From Candidatus Bathyarchaeota archaeon (lineage in GTDB: Archaea; Thermoproteota; Bathyarchaeia; 40CM-2-53-6): a DNA stretch of 64,000 nt. The DNA lies in NCBI GenBank assembly GCA_005888735.1, contig VBBN01000035.1, positions 75,671 to 139,670 on the forward strand, written 5' to 3'. Every line of letters starts with the position of its first letter. Position 1 is the stretch's first letter. The notes beneath the pieces were generated by a model that was given only the letters and a program-made list of their open reading frames with translations, was not told where the DNA came from and did not search any database. This document shows, in pieces, positions 21,125-31,426 of the stretch. The position numbers were made by a program, and so were the translations under genes.

Positions 21125-24100
21125 CTACTCTGTGTAGCGAAGTGCTTCCGCAGGGGGAATCCTCGATGCCTTGCGTGCAGAGCTAAGCACGGAAAGCAAC
21201 GCGAGGGCATATGCTGCCACCGAAATTTCAATAATCTGCATCCATGGAACGACGAACGTTAGACCGGAGTTGGGCTGAGCCGTAAACGCGTAGGCCAAGT
21301 CAACTCCCAGCAACACTCCTATGAGAATCCCCAGCAAAGCAATGTAACTATTCTCGACGAGGAACGCCGCTAGAACCATCTTCCTTCGGAAGCCCAGAGC
21401 CCGAAGGACGCCGATCTCATTTCTCCGCTCTACAACAGACCTTATGGAGATAATCCCGACCCCCGCAACGCCTACTACCAGTCCTAGTGCCAAGTAGCCT
21501 TCAAACAGTCCAAAGAAGGAGAGGAAAATCCTCTCTCCCTGTTCGATAGCCACCTGGATTACTATTGTTTGCATGCCCAGCTGGATAAAATTCTTCTTCA
21601 ACAAATTCGCAACATTAACAGGGTCTTGGCCCTTTGCCACGGTTACAAAACCCAGGGTGCCTGATTCGATGCCGAACGATTTTTTCAGAAGTCCTCTAGC
21701 ACCAATCAGTCCACCTCCTCCGAACAACGACCCGCTTATCACTCCCAGAACCTTGACAGTTCTCGACACGAACCCGTTATTTCCTCTGGCCACGAGCAAC
21801 ATATTGTCTCCCGGATTCGGGCGATCACTCCCACCGCCGAATGCGTTTCCAGCAGACGTCGACCAGACCACGTAGGATTCATTATTTCTCACGGCATCCC
21901 AGACTGCTGCGGCAGAACTGAATCCACTAGTCATGTTTACCATCTTGAACGAGTTGGAGGTGAAGAAATTATCAGCTCCCGGCGCATTCGGGTCTGCTCC
22001 CACCAGTAATGTGTATGTGAAATTCTCCATCGTAGTCAGGTCCCGCGCTAGGTCAAGTTGCATGGTGGTAAACGGGATTACCGCCGAGATCTTATCCTTC
22101 AACGTCGCATCTGCCATTATTGACAAGGTCAGGTTAGCGACAGGGGCTGTGTTGGTAACAATGTCATAGCCTCCAGATGAATCCTTGGCGTTTTGGCTGA
22201 TTGAGTTGCTCAACTCTGCCTGGATGCCGGCCACTGCGGACACGGTGAATAATACGAGCGCGAACATGGCAACTGTGGCGGCTGTTCGAAAGCGTTTGTT
22301 CTCAGGATATGACAGTGCGATTTTGAAGATGGCGGTCAGAGTTCGCCTTCCGCGAAGAACGTAGCGTAGAGCCTTCAGAGGAACATCAGTGTTGTACATT
22401 ACAACAATGACGGAGGCGACGACCATGATTACTCCGCCTACGATGAACAATTCTGCGCCGGAGCTATACTTCGAGACGAGCGGACTGTCAAGCGATAGAC
22501 TGGGGACTGCCCAGTAGACGAGGAGGGCGAACCCTGACAGGCTGAAAGCGTAGCGGTTGCGGAGAAACCTTGACAGGATGAGACCTGCCCCGAAGATGAT
22601 GAGGCTTGGTCCTACAAGGGCTTCGATGGCTGACTTGGCCGCGAATGATGCTTCGAAGAGGACGACTCCGGCAATAGCCATCGCGAAGCCGGCCACCAAT
22701 AGAAGATTGTAGGTTCTCTTTCCGCTCGGCGGTTCGGGAATGTTCCGTATCGCTCTGATGATGTTCAACTTGCTAATCCGCCAAGAGGTGAGAAGAATCG
22801 TAAGATATGTTATCAAAACCCCCGCTGTGAAAGCTGTAAACAGTGACTCGGGAGAAATCGTGAAACTGCTGAGAACCAGAGACTCGTTGACACCGGAAAA
22901 GAATGATGTGAATATGTTCCCAATCGCATAGAGAATTGCGTACGCAACTCCAATTCCTACTAACACCCCGACAATGGAGGCGCCAGCGGAATAGAGGCTG
23001 CCTTCAAACAGGAACAGCTTTGTAAGTTGACTCCTCCTCATACCAACGGCCCGAGCCATTCCCATCTCCGACTTTCGCTCTTCAGCCAGCATGATGAAGA
23101 TGTTGAGAATCAGGACGACTCCCGCTAGAATGGTGAAAGAGCTGAGTATGAGAAAGAAGCTGGAGAGGCTCTTGGCTCCTGCACTAGAGTTGTCAACTGC
23201 AAGCTGCTTCTCTGCGTAAGCGCAAGGAATCGAAGGCGGCGTTGCAACTTGTGAAGGGTCCGATTTGCACCCCGCTCCAGCAGTCGACGTGACCGGGTAA
23301 AGGCTGTTCAGGGTCTGGTTTGCCGCAAGGCCTACCGTCTGGCTGTGGGGAAGCGATCCTCTGAGCCCTCCAATATTCGTAATCGCGATGTAGTTGACCG
23401 AGTTCGAGTGCCCGGTAAACTGCTGGGCGGCTTGCAATGTGACAAACACATCGTCAGCTCCTGTGAACGACGCCCTCGCGTCGGACACCGCTATTCCCAC
23501 AATCGTCAAGTTCATGTATTGTGAGGAGGAACGCTGTCCCGGGTATACCTTCACGACGTCCCCAACCGTCGCGTTCAGGTCTCGGGCCGCTTTGTCATTC
23601 AGCACTGCTTCTGTGTCTCTGAAAGCGGATGGAATTATCGACCCTGATGCGGAGTAGAAGTCCCCTAAGACGCGTGATGCATTGGCATAGGTACCTATGA
23701 GAGCGGCTCCGGCCTGAACTATTCCCTTATTGACGTCATAAATGCTGACAGTTTCTATTATTTCCGGAGTGACCCCCGCAACGTCCTGTCCTGCGACAGG
23801 ATTGCCGAAGAGGCTGGTGGAGAGGCTCTGGTAGACGTTGTATCCCAGATACTGGTAGGCAGAACCCTGAAAACCGAAAGTCGTACTGTTTCTCGCATAG
23901 ACAACCTCGTCTGCGTGGCCGTATCCAAAATAGGCGCCCCGGGTGAATAGTTCAGTCAAAGTGTCCCCTGTTACAAGGGAGCCTGAAATCATCGCGGTCC
24001 CGATCATCAATCCCGCTATGACCAGGGCCATGTTGGTCTTGCGTCGTCCAAAGTTCCGGAGGGCCATTCGGAGCGTTATTCTGTTGCGGAGCACCATAAC

Positions 24101-24532
24101 GAGCGAGGTGGAGAGTAGGAGCCAGTCAAAGTACAGTTCCAAGTACAGCAACGACCCGCCCAGGACGGGGCTGAGAACCGAGAACCATAATGCGAGTCCG
24201 AATAATACAGCGAGGATCGGGGCAAAGCTCAGAATCCTCCGCGACATCAGCCCTGCCCGGCTAGTGGGCTTGGCTCGGGCTGAGAGGTAAGTGAGGGATC
24301 CAGCGCCGAGACCCAGAACGAGAAGTCCGAGTATACGAATGGAAATCGAAGCAGAGTTCTCTGACACGTACTCCCGGAGGAAAAAGTTGTTTTGGTACTC
24401 TGTGAAAAGCGCGTAGAGTTCTCCGAGGGAGATTACGAGAAGCAGAACCGCTACGGCTAGGAGCAACGGCCTTGACTTGGGAATGCTGCTCATGTATTTC
24501 GCCTTAGACGCGTCCGAGAATCGACCGGGCAC
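21125..24532 (-). CDS. large FtsX/MacB-family permease with duplicated 4-TM FtsX domains and large extracytoplasmic domains
   Basis: 1135 aa with two hydrophobic 4-helix blocks with FtsX-like layout. No ABC ATPase gene is adjacent. Confidence 0.6.
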   Translation of the reverse strand: MPGRFSDASKAKYMSSIPKSRPLLLAVAVLLLVISLGELYALFTEYQNNFFLREYVSENSASISIRILGLLVLGLGAGSLTYLSARAKPTSRAGLMSRRILSFAPILAVLFGLALWFSVLSPVLGGSLLYLELYFDWLLLSTSLVMVLRNRITLRMALRNFGRRKTNMALVIAGLMIGTAMISGSLVTGDTLTELFTRGAYFGYGHADEVVYARNSTTFGFQGSAYQYLGYNVYQSLSTSLFGNPVAGQDVAGVTPEIIETVSIYDVNKGIVQAGAALIGTYANASRVLGDFYSASGSIIPSAFRDTEAVLNDKAARDLNATVGDVVKVYPGQRSSSQYMNLTIVGIAVSDARASFTGADDVFVTLQAAQQFTGHSNSVNYIAITNIGGLRGSLPHSQTVGLAANQTLNSLYPVTSTAGAGCKSDPSQVATPPSIPCAYAEKQLAVDNSSAGAKSLSSFFLILSSFTILAGVVLILNIFIMLAEERKSEMGMARAVGMRRSQLTKLFLFEGSLYSAGASIVGVLVGIGVAYAILYAIGNIFTSFFSGVNESLVLSSFTISPESLFTAFTAGVLITYLTILLTSWRISKLNIIRAIRNIPEPPSGKRTYNLLLVAGFAMAIAGVVLFEASFAAKSAIEALVGPSLIIFGAGLILSRFLRNRYAFSLSGFALLVYWAVPSLSLDSPLVSKYSSGAELFIVGGVIMVVASVIVVMYNTDVPLKALRYVLRGRRTLTAIFKIALSYPENKRFRTAATVAMFALVLFTVSAVAGIQAELSNSISQNAKDSSGGYDIVTNTAPVANLTLSIMADATLKDKISAVIPFTTMQLDLARDLTTMENFTYTLLVGADPNAPGADNFFTSNSFKMVNMTSGFSSAAAVWDAVRNNESYVVWSTSAGNAFGGGSDRPNPGDNMLLVARGNNGFVSRTVKVLGVISGSLFGGGGLIGARGLLKKSFGIESGTLGFVTVAKGQDPVNVANLLKKNFIQLGMQTIVIQVAIEQGERIFLSFFGLFEGYLALGLVVGVAGVGIISIRSVVERRNEIGVLRALGFRRKMVLAAFLVENSYIALLGILIGVLLGVDLAYAFTAQPNSGLTFVVPWMQIIEISVAAYALALLSVLSSARKASRIPPAEALRYTE

Positions 24533-24811
24533 GATGGCTACGGGCTATAAGACCCCTACGCCTTCGATGGCTGGCCCTTTTCAAGCCCGACTATTCCACC
24601 GTGCAACATTCGGCGCGGGCCCCAGAGTGGCCGAAGCCAGACGAAGAATAGCAGGGCCTGTAGACAGTGGCCCCACTTCCGCCTTAGGTCTAAACTCCGA
24701 ACCAAGGGGCCCTACAAAACGCTAGTAATCCGAAATCCTCTCCTGCGTGACGGGCCCGTAACCCAGCCCTGAAAAGCAATCTGTCTGCGAATACTTACGC
24801 CCACCCTGACA

Positions 24812-24931
24812 GCCTGAAGGAAAGTACTAACGATCCTACTATCTCAAAATTCTAGACTCGCTCATTCTATGCCCTGTCAGCTAGAAATCTCCTGTTCTCG
24901 TTGCCAGACAGAAAATGGTCCCTGAAAAAAT
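24812..24931. repeat. Conserved roughly 120-nt intergenic element, copy 2
   Basis: See copy 1. It is followed by the perfect hairpins CGAACGG-GG-CCGTTCG (24940-24956) and GAGCCCC-TAT-GGGGCTC (24988-25004). Confidence 0.5.
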
Positions 24932-25548
24932 GACCGGGTACGAACGGGGCCGTTCGAGACGTGAGAGAGACTATCCCTATCAACGGCCTGAGCCCCTATG
25001 GGGCTCGGAGTTGATGTGGCAGAAGATATTGGAGGAAGAAGCTTCAAAGAACAAGGTTCGAGTCTCTTATCACAACCGAGGAGCACAATAGGGGAAGGGC
25101 CGCACTAGGAAACGGGAGAATCTATGTCCCAACAGCTCGCAGCTTCACCTCCTTCTTCACCGGCCTACGCGAGCTGGGCCACATCGCTAGTGGACACAAA
25201 GCCTGGGAAGGAAAGACAGAGTATGTCTGGGAGTACAAGGCCTTTCAGTGGGCGCTACATTTCTGCAAAAACCGGGCCATACCTGTGCCGCAACACACTT
25301 TTGACAATGAGCGTGACATCATAGCGGAAAAAGGTCAAAGAAGAAGCTGGCCTTGGAACTCGAAAGCTCAAGGGTAACATTGTCAATTTCATTAAGGAAG
25401 GTAGCGACCAAGACCCTGACGTCGCGTTCGTCAAGAAATGTGTCTCCGTCGATGGAAGACTACTAAAAACCGACTAGAAAACTCGCCCCAGTGGCGTGTG
25501 CTTTATACTATCCGGGCGAGTCTAGAACATGGAAGGAGTGCGCAGAAT

Positions 25549-25905
25549 ATGGCGGACGACGTGAAACGGATGGCTGATCTGCTCAAGTCAGGAGCTACCA
25601 TGCTCTCCGACATTTGCCCTGAATGTGGGTCCCCGCTGTTTCGTATCAAAGGGGAAGTGTTCTGTGCAAAATGCAACAAGCCAGTCGTTTACGCACGCGC
25701 GACGGGTCCTACAGCGACAATTTCCCCAGGCAACTCCTTTGAGTCACTGGAACAGACCCTCGTCGGAAAAATCTCTGAGACCAACGAGTTTCTCAAGACC
25801 GAGAAGGATCTGGAAAAGTTACAAGCATATAGTAATCTTGTGTTCGGCTGGTTGTCGACACTTGAGAAGCTTCGTAAGGTCAAAGACTCGTTTAGAGAGG
25901 CATAG
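25549..25905 (+). CDS. UPF0148/SSSCA1-like Zn-ribbon protein
   Basis: MADDVKRMADLLKSGATMLSDICPECGSPLFRIKGEVFCAKCNK. A GGAGG sequence lies upstream. Confidence 0.5.
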   Translation: MADDVKRMADLLKSGATMLSDICPECGSPLFRIKGEVFCAKCNKPVVYARATGPTATISPGNSFESLEQTLVGKISETNEFLKTEKDLEKLQAYSNLVFGWLSTLEKLRKVKDSFREA

Positions 25906-26215
25906 TCGACAGTAGGTTCTTCGGATCCAGCGATTGGCCATCAGCCAAGTTTGTTAGTTCGACGGTTCGTCTCCTTCGCCTTGCAAGTATGACGGGCGCG
26001 CCTGCTTGCTCAGCGAATCCTAGCAACTCCCTTTTTCTATCCTTGCCGAGCCAAGAACGCCCTGCCTTGCACTCGATAAGAAACGCCCTTCCTCTTCGGA
26101 TGCAAACTAGGTCAATGGGCTTCGACTGAGCTGCTCGAATTACGAGAAAACCCTGTCTCCGGAAGAGATCCCGCACTCTATACTCCAACCTTCTACCCGC
26201 CTCATAGTTAGACAA
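25892..26215 (-). CDS. hjc: Holliday junction resolvase Hjc
   Basis: GRRLEYRVRDLFRRQGFLVIRAAQSKPIDLVCIRRGRAFLIECKAGRS matches the Hjc catalytic core (E...SKP-D...E-K). Confidence 0.6.
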   Translation of the reverse strand: MSNYEAGRRLEYRVRDLFRRQGFLVIRAAQSKPIDLVCIRRGRAFLIECKAGRSWLGKDRKRELLGFAEQAGAPVILARRRRRTVELTNLADGQSLDPKNLLSTMPL

Positions 26216-26272
26216 GTCGTCCGCGACGAAGCCAGCGGGAGCAGTCTTATGAAATGTCTGTGCTCGATGAAA

Positions 26273-26839
26273 CTAAGCGCGTTCCCCTGGTTCTCTTCTG
26301 AAAACCAGCAGGAAGAAGAGAACCACGACTGCGAGGAAGAGTATCGTGGCAGTGACGACGAGCTGGCTGTTGCTTATGCTTGTGAACCCGGCGAGTGGAA
26401 GCAGTGCGATTGACAAGGCTGTGGTGGCCAGCGAAACTTTTCCCTGGCGGGAAAGCAAGCCCCTCAACCAGTTCACAAGCCATCCCTTTTGTTTTTGGGA
26501 GATTTCATCATCCTTCTTCCGGAGGCTCTCGAAGGCCCTGTTGAAGGTAAGAACAGTTGAAGATGCTTCCATGAAGAAAAGGACCATACTAAATTCGATT
26601 AGGAGGACAGCCGTGTCTAGTGCACCTGTTTTGAGAATGCTCTCACTTGCCTTACCCCAGATGAGAAGCATCAGAAGGCTAAGAGAACTAGTAGTAGCGA
26701 GGTAAGAACGGCCCGAAACATTTCCGGCCAATCCGACAAGCGCAACGGCGAGAACAAAAAACAGTGGTTGTTGGAACAGCGCGGCTGGGGGAATCACCAG
26801 AAGCACTAGAGGCGCGAGGAATACATGCTGCAGTCTCAC
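26273..26839 (-). CDS. hypothetical membrane protein
   Basis: 188 aa with 4-5 TM helices. Confidence 0.4.
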   Translation of the reverse strand: MRLQHVFLAPLVLLVIPPAALFQQPLFFVLAVALVGLAGNVSGRSYLATTSSLSLLMLLIWGKASESILKTGALDTAVLLIEFSMVLFFMEASSTVLTFNRAFESLRKKDDEISQKQKGWLVNWLRGLLSRQGKVSLATTALSIALLPLAGFTSISNSQLVVTATILFLAVVVLFFLLVFRREPGERA

Positions 26840-26868
26840 CAGTACCGTGGCAGACTTCAGAACGAATC

Positions 26869-28134
26869 CTATACGCGCAGTCGTAGCCGCCTCGCCCCTC
26901 TCAACGTTCTAGATAGGGAAGCACCTACTGGCCACTGGACTACCGCACATGTTTTCTCAACAGCAAGTAGGACGTTCGCCCTTTCAAGACTAGAAATGTC
27001 AAAGGCGAGCCTCTCCGCCTCCGACTGGAACTTCTCAGGGACGCGCGGCTGTGGAGACAGCACAAAAACACTGTACCCAGCTGTGACAAGCTGCCTGATG
27101 CCATCTGTCACAGTAGGGTCCAAGAGTGGCGATATGATCACCATCTGAGCCCGCGCAGGGAGCATGAACCGGGCTAGCATGTTGATTACGTAACCTGTGC
27201 TGATTACCGCCCTGCCGGGCTTGGCAGCTGCAAGCATGTAGAGAATCCGCCGCTCCTGCCTCTTCCCAAAACCAGGGGGCACAACACCCCTCTCTTCCCC
27301 CTGCAGGATCAGCCCGACACGGTTGCCCTGTCTCAAGAGGAGGCTGCCCATCGAGGCTGCACCGCTGATGCTCTGTTCGAACAGATCCTTCTCAGAAGAC
27401 TCGTAGAAAGTCACGTCCGTATCCAACGCGACCATCACGTCAGTTGTCCGTTCCGCCTCCAGTTCGTTTATGATCAGCCGGTTGGCACGGGCAGAGGCTT
27501 TCCAGTTGATCCTCTTCAAGTCGTCGCCAGGAGTGTAGCCGCGCAGGCTGTAGAACTCGGTCCCCATTCCACTGGTTCGTGACGGTATAATTCCAGACCA
27601 CGGTCCTAAATGGCGCGGTCGGAGTTCAGTTCCACGAACCCGCTCAGCTTTGGGCATGACAGCCAACAAGTCAGGGCCTAGACGTTTCTCGGTCAGGTAC
27701 AGCCCAAAAACGTCGCTAACTCGTACAGTCAATGGACCGATAGGGTAGTGTCCGCGGCCTGGGTTGTGAAACTCGAATGATAGGTTGATCGTCTCGTCAG
27801 GTCGTAAAGTCGCGTGGAGGGCGTTGGTCCCTTTCTCCGGCTTGATTTGTCTCGGAAGAACCTCTTCCACCTCGACATTTCCCAGCGTCTCGGTGCCGTT
27901 GTTCTTTACACGCAGGCTGACGAGAATGTCTTCTTCTCCGAAACTCTCTGAGGGCACGATTCTCCTGTCAAGCTCGACCTCCACTCTTTCAGTGAAACTC
28001 CAGACGTTGGTAAGGAAGAACAATGAGGCTACTGGAAATACCAAAACCGCAAGCTGGAAATCCTGGAAGAGTAGTGCGAGCATCAGGAGAAACGTCGCTA
28101 GCGTGAAGTAGCCGATCGCCTTACGGGTGAACAA
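26869..28134 (-). CDS. DUF58 (vWA-like) protein, MoxR partner
   Basis: DLKRINWKASARANRLIINELEAERTTDVMVALDTD motif and N-terminal TM helices. Confidence 0.7.
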   Translation of the reverse strand: MFTRKAIGYFTLATFLLMLALLFQDFQLAVLVFPVASLFFLTNVWSFTERVEVELDRRIVPSESFGEEDILVSLRVKNNGTETLGNVEVEEVLPRQIKPEKGTNALHATLRPDETINLSFEFHNPGRGHYPIGPLTVRVSDVFGLYLTEKRLGPDLLAVMPKAERVRGTELRPRHLGPWSGIIPSRTSGMGTEFYSLRGYTPGDDLKRINWKASARANRLIINELEAERTTDVMVALDTDVTFYESSEKDLFEQSISGAASMGSLLLRQGNRVGLILQGEERGVVPPGFGKRQERRILYMLAAAKPGRAVISTGYVINMLARFMLPARAQMVIISPLLDPTVTDGIRQLVTAGYSVFVLSPQPRVPEKFQSEAERLAFDISSLERANVLLAVEKTCAVVQWPVGASLSRTLRGARRLRLRV

Positions 28135-28139
28135 GGACG

Positions 28140-29099
28140 CTACTTGACCCGTGGAACCGGGACGCTTTTCAGAACCTCGTCAACCACACTTCTCGGTTCT
28201 GTTCCTTTCACCCAGGACTCCGACTTCATAATCATGCGGTGTACCAACGCTGGTCCTGCTACGTCTTTCACGTCATCGGGTATGACGTAGTCTCGGCTGT
28301 AATACACCGCCCTCGCACGGGCGAGCTTGAAGATTGCAAGGGAGCCGCGAGGGCTCGCGCCGATCTCTACTTGCCGCTGCGTCCTTGTCGCTTGGACAAT
28401 ATCCGCCACGTATCCCAACACATCATCATCGACGTGAATGCCCTCCACGGTGCGTTGCAGGTCGAGGACTTTTTCGGCGTTGACGGCCGGTTCGAGCGTG
28501 ATGTCCTCTTTCTGGCGTTGCATCCTCCGACGCATGATCTCCACCTCTTCCTCCCTGTTAGGGTAGCCTAGGCTCAGCTTGACAAGGAACCTGTCCAATT
28601 GTGCCTCGGGCAGGGGGTATACGCCTTCGTACTCTATCGGGTTCTGGGTCGCCATGACTATGAAAGGATCGGTGAGAACATGTGTCTTCCCATCCAGTGT
28701 CGTCTGGCGTTCCTGCATCGCCTCCAGCAGAGCCGCCTGTGTCTTTGGAGGAGCGCGGTTAATCTCGTCGGCTAGCAAGACATTCGTGAACACTGGACCC
28801 TTGCGCAGGTCAAACTCTCCAGACTTTACGTTGTAAATGTAAGTCCCTGTAATGTCGGCAGGCAGAAGGTCAGGTGTGAACTGTATTCTCGAAAAGTCAC
28901 AGCCCATACTCATCGCGAAACTTCGCGCCAAGAGCGTCTTGGCGAGCCCAGGATAGTCCTCGAAGAGGATATGGGAGTCTGCCAAGACAGCAAGCATGAC
29001 CTTCTCCAGAACCTTCTCCTTGCCTACAATCACTTTGCGGACCTGGCCGATAACCTGCTGGCATAGCTGTCCTGCCTCGCTGGGTTTCAAGCCCTCCAC
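28140..29099 (-). CDS. MoxR-family AAA+ ATPase
   Basis: HILFEDYPGLAKTLLARS Walker A variant, VLLADEINRAPPKTQAALLEAMQE and overall MoxR layout. Confidence 0.85.
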   Translation of the reverse strand: MEGLKPSEAGQLCQQVIGQVRKVIVGKEKVLEKVMLAVLADSHILFEDYPGLAKTLLARSFAMSMGCDFSRIQFTPDLLPADITGTYIYNVKSGEFDLRKGPVFTNVLLADEINRAPPKTQAALLEAMQERQTTLDGKTHVLTDPFIVMATQNPIEYEGVYPLPEAQLDRFLVKLSLGYPNREEEVEIMRRRMQRQKEDITLEPAVNAEKVLDLQRTVEGIHVDDDVLGYVADIVQATRTQRQVEIGASPRGSLAIFKLARARAVYYSRDYVIPDDVKDVAGPALVHRMIMKSESWVKGTEPRSVVDEVLKSVPVPRVK

Positions 29100-29605
29100 G
29101 CCTCGACCCGTGTCACGGTCTCCCTTAGCATTTTGACCCGTTCTTGGCCACGAGCGAAAGTGCGGCTATATAGCAAGTCGTACAACTGCCGGTCACGAAG
29201 AAGACCTGGTCCCAGCACAGGGTTTCCGAGGACACTCTGAACGCGTTCTCTATCCATCCCAGTCTCCAGAGAGACTCTCTCTGAGAGAATATTCCGCAAC
29301 CGCACTCTGAGGACCTTGTCAAAGTATTCAGGACTCGCATGCGTAGCTGTCTCAATTTGATCAGTCAGAAATCGGACCTCTCGGCTCAGCACACGGCGCT
29401 GGACCCTTCTCACTGGGTTTTCTGACGGAACAGTGGCCCTCGACGCGAGATCTGCGATGAGGACCAACACGAAGGCGGCAAGGGGCGCAACTAGGAAATA
29501 TGCTGGTGGCGAATAGTCTGACGGTAAGTATCCACGAACGAAGAATACCACCCCATAGTAGAGCCCAGCGCCAACGAGAATTAACGATAATGTGCTACGT
29601 TTCAA
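29087..29605 (-). CDS. hypothetical membrane protein of the MoxR operon
   Basis: Two N-terminal TM helices. Its start overlaps the MoxR gene. Confidence 0.4.
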   Translation of the reverse strand: MKRSTLSLILVGAGLYYGVVFFVRGYLPSDYSPPAYFLVAPLAAFVLVLIADLASRATVPSENPVRRVQRRVLSREVRFLTDQIETATHASPEYFDKVLRVRLRNILSERVSLETGMDRERVQSVLGNPVLGPGLLRDRQLYDLLYSRTFARGQERVKMLRETVTRVEAWRA

Positions 29606-30567
29606 GCTCCGGTTCTAACGGCCTCCGGCCCCGGCTCGTCTACCAGTGGGCTTGCCTCGAGCTCCGCAGCAATCTCTACAAGGCAACTCTGTGCTTCCTG
29701 ACCATCAGCCTCTGTCATCATGTGTAGACTATACCTCGCCTCTTCGAACAGTTGGGTTAGCTCGCCGATTCCGGGCCCCGAGAGATGAAACATGCCGCGG
29801 ATCCCCACTTCCAGTTCTCTGGCGGTGAGGTCGGGCCCAATAGGGGCACCCAGGTTTGCGGCCGCCCTGACCATTCGCTGGTAGCAGGCAATGATGCGGC
29901 TTCCCGGGTCAGCCTCCTCTCTCGCTACGAGGGCCATCATCGCCTCCCGGACCGCGACCTGGCCCTCCTGTTGGACCCTCGGTGTCAATAACGCGACTCG
30001 CCGCGTTTCGTCTGCAGAGACCCACACGCTGCGGGCCAAGATGATTCCGCCGATAACGATTAGGGCCAGGAAGGGGAAAACGTACCAGTCCGTGGAGAAG
30101 AAGCCTGTCAAGTTGGCTATGGTCCCAGAGAAGGGCAGGCTTGGGGGCGGGCCTGTGTTATTGAAAACATTCTGTTCCACGACTTGCGTAATATTCTGGG
30201 TCGCGTTGGTTTGACAGCGAAAGCCAGGGCAGCGATAGTAAACTGTCATTAGGGCAAAGACCCAAGCTGCTCCAGCTATTACTAGTGATAGCGTTGTCCG
30301 CCTCTTCTTCGCTGTCTTGCTGCGACGACGGGCTGCAAGCCCCATTCCGATTGCGTCCGAGATAACTCTCCACTCGAGAGCGAGTATCACAACCATCACA
30401 ATCATGCCGACCAAGCCTGCAAGCGGGAGGAGGTAGACCACGTAGAGGAGCCAGTACGAGTTCACCAGAAGCCCTCCGCTGCTCGGTCCGCTACGGGCAA
30501 GAGTGCCTAGGCTCCATGCTAGGAAAAGCAACGCTGCCACGTAAGGGAGGCTGCGCTTTGCCTTCAA
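29602..30567 (-). CDS. membrane protein with a DUF4129-like C-terminal domain, first gene of the MoxR operon
   Basis: Multiple TM helices, a Cys-rich extracellular loop and a C-terminal acidic helical domain. Confidence 0.4.
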   Translation of the reverse strand: MKAKRSLPYVAALLFLAWSLGTLARSGPSSGGLLVNSYWLLYVVYLLPLAGLVGMIVMVVILALEWRVISDAIGMGLAARRRSKTAKKRRTTLSLVIAGAAWVFALMTVYYRCPGFRCQTNATQNITQVVEQNVFNNTGPPPSLPFSGTIANLTGFFSTDWYVFPFLALIVIGGIILARSVWVSADETRRVALLTPRVQQEGQVAVREAMMALVAREEADPGSRIIACYQRMVRAAANLGAPIGPDLTARELEVGIRGMFHLSGPGIGELTQLFEEARYSLHMMTEADGQEAQSCLVEIAAELEASPLVDEPGPEAVRTGA

Positions 30568-30656
30568 TGGGGAGAAAGCTTCCCTAGAGAAAGTGGAGTC
30601 AGTGAATAAGTAGTTGTCGGATGAGCCGAAGAGTCGCTAGTTCCCGTGGCCCAGAT

Positions 30657-30935
30657 CTAGTCTTTTATCGCTTCTAGTAGACTTGCCACGTTCCAGAGCC
30701 GGACCCGAGTGTACTGTGGCATGTTAGGGTCTTGGGAGATCTCGTCGAGCATTGATATGGCGTTGGATGCCCGGACCCCGACGCTGTGGGCCTTGTCCTG
30801 CAAGGAGTCCATCGCATCCTTTGCCGCTCGACGAATATTGCGTGGTGTCGTGTTATCGTTCGAGACTTCGTTCAGCACGCCTAGTGCTTGTTTTATCCGT
30901 GATTCGTACTCCTCCTTCTTTTTCGCTTTCTGCAA
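30657..30935 (-). CDS. UPF0147 family protein
   Basis: TTPRNIRRAAKDAMDSL...DPNMPQYTRVRLWNVASLLE pattern. Confidence 0.5.
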   Translation of the reverse strand: MQKAKKKEEYESRIKQALGVLNEVSNDNTTPRNIRRAAKDAMDSLQDKAHSVGVRASNAISMLDEISQDPNMPQYTRVRLWNVASLLEAIKD

Positions 30936-31076
30936 GATCCATCACCAAGACTACTAGCGTGCTCCTAATGACGCACGAAACCAAGTCTTGGCATCTCTCC
31001 TCTCGATTAAAAGATTTCCATAGAAGCACTGGACAGACAGGCAAGACCAGCACATTCAGCCGCAAAAACTGCCGTT

Positions 31077-31232
31077 AGTGAGCTGCTTTCTTGGGCTCAT
31101 GCACCAAGTGCGCTCCTTGGCAGCAGTAAACACATTGACCGCACGCGACGCAGAAATAGTCCGAGGAGAAAAGCTCTCTTTGACAGCTAGGACACTTCTT
31201 CCACAGTTGGACTGCGCTCTTACGAGACATGA
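31077..31232 (-). CDS. small 51-aa Cys-rich Zn-ribbon protein, below the ORF-track threshold
   Basis: MSRKSAVQLWKKCPSCQRELFSSDYFCVACGQCVYCCQGAHLVHEPKKAAH. Confidence 0.25.
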
Positions 31233-31426
31233 CTAGGTAAGAAGTGGTTCGCTCTGCGTTATGAATTTTCCCAAACCGAACATAGAGCGGTCTTCCGCTA
31301 GATGCTAGGGGTCAGCACTGTCGACACCAATAACCCGACTCCCATGTGGGAGGCGATGCGTCTTCAAACTTGTTTGATTGGACATCAGTGGAGCCGACGG
31401 AGTGAAGGCATCTTAGGCATTGAAAA

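Noticed and set aside
24795-24835. The conserved element as RNase P RNA or SRP RNA (GAAGGAAAG resembles P4 / helix-8 motifs)
   Set aside because: Similarity is only partial (GUAC instead of GUCC). The length is too short and the element is present twice.
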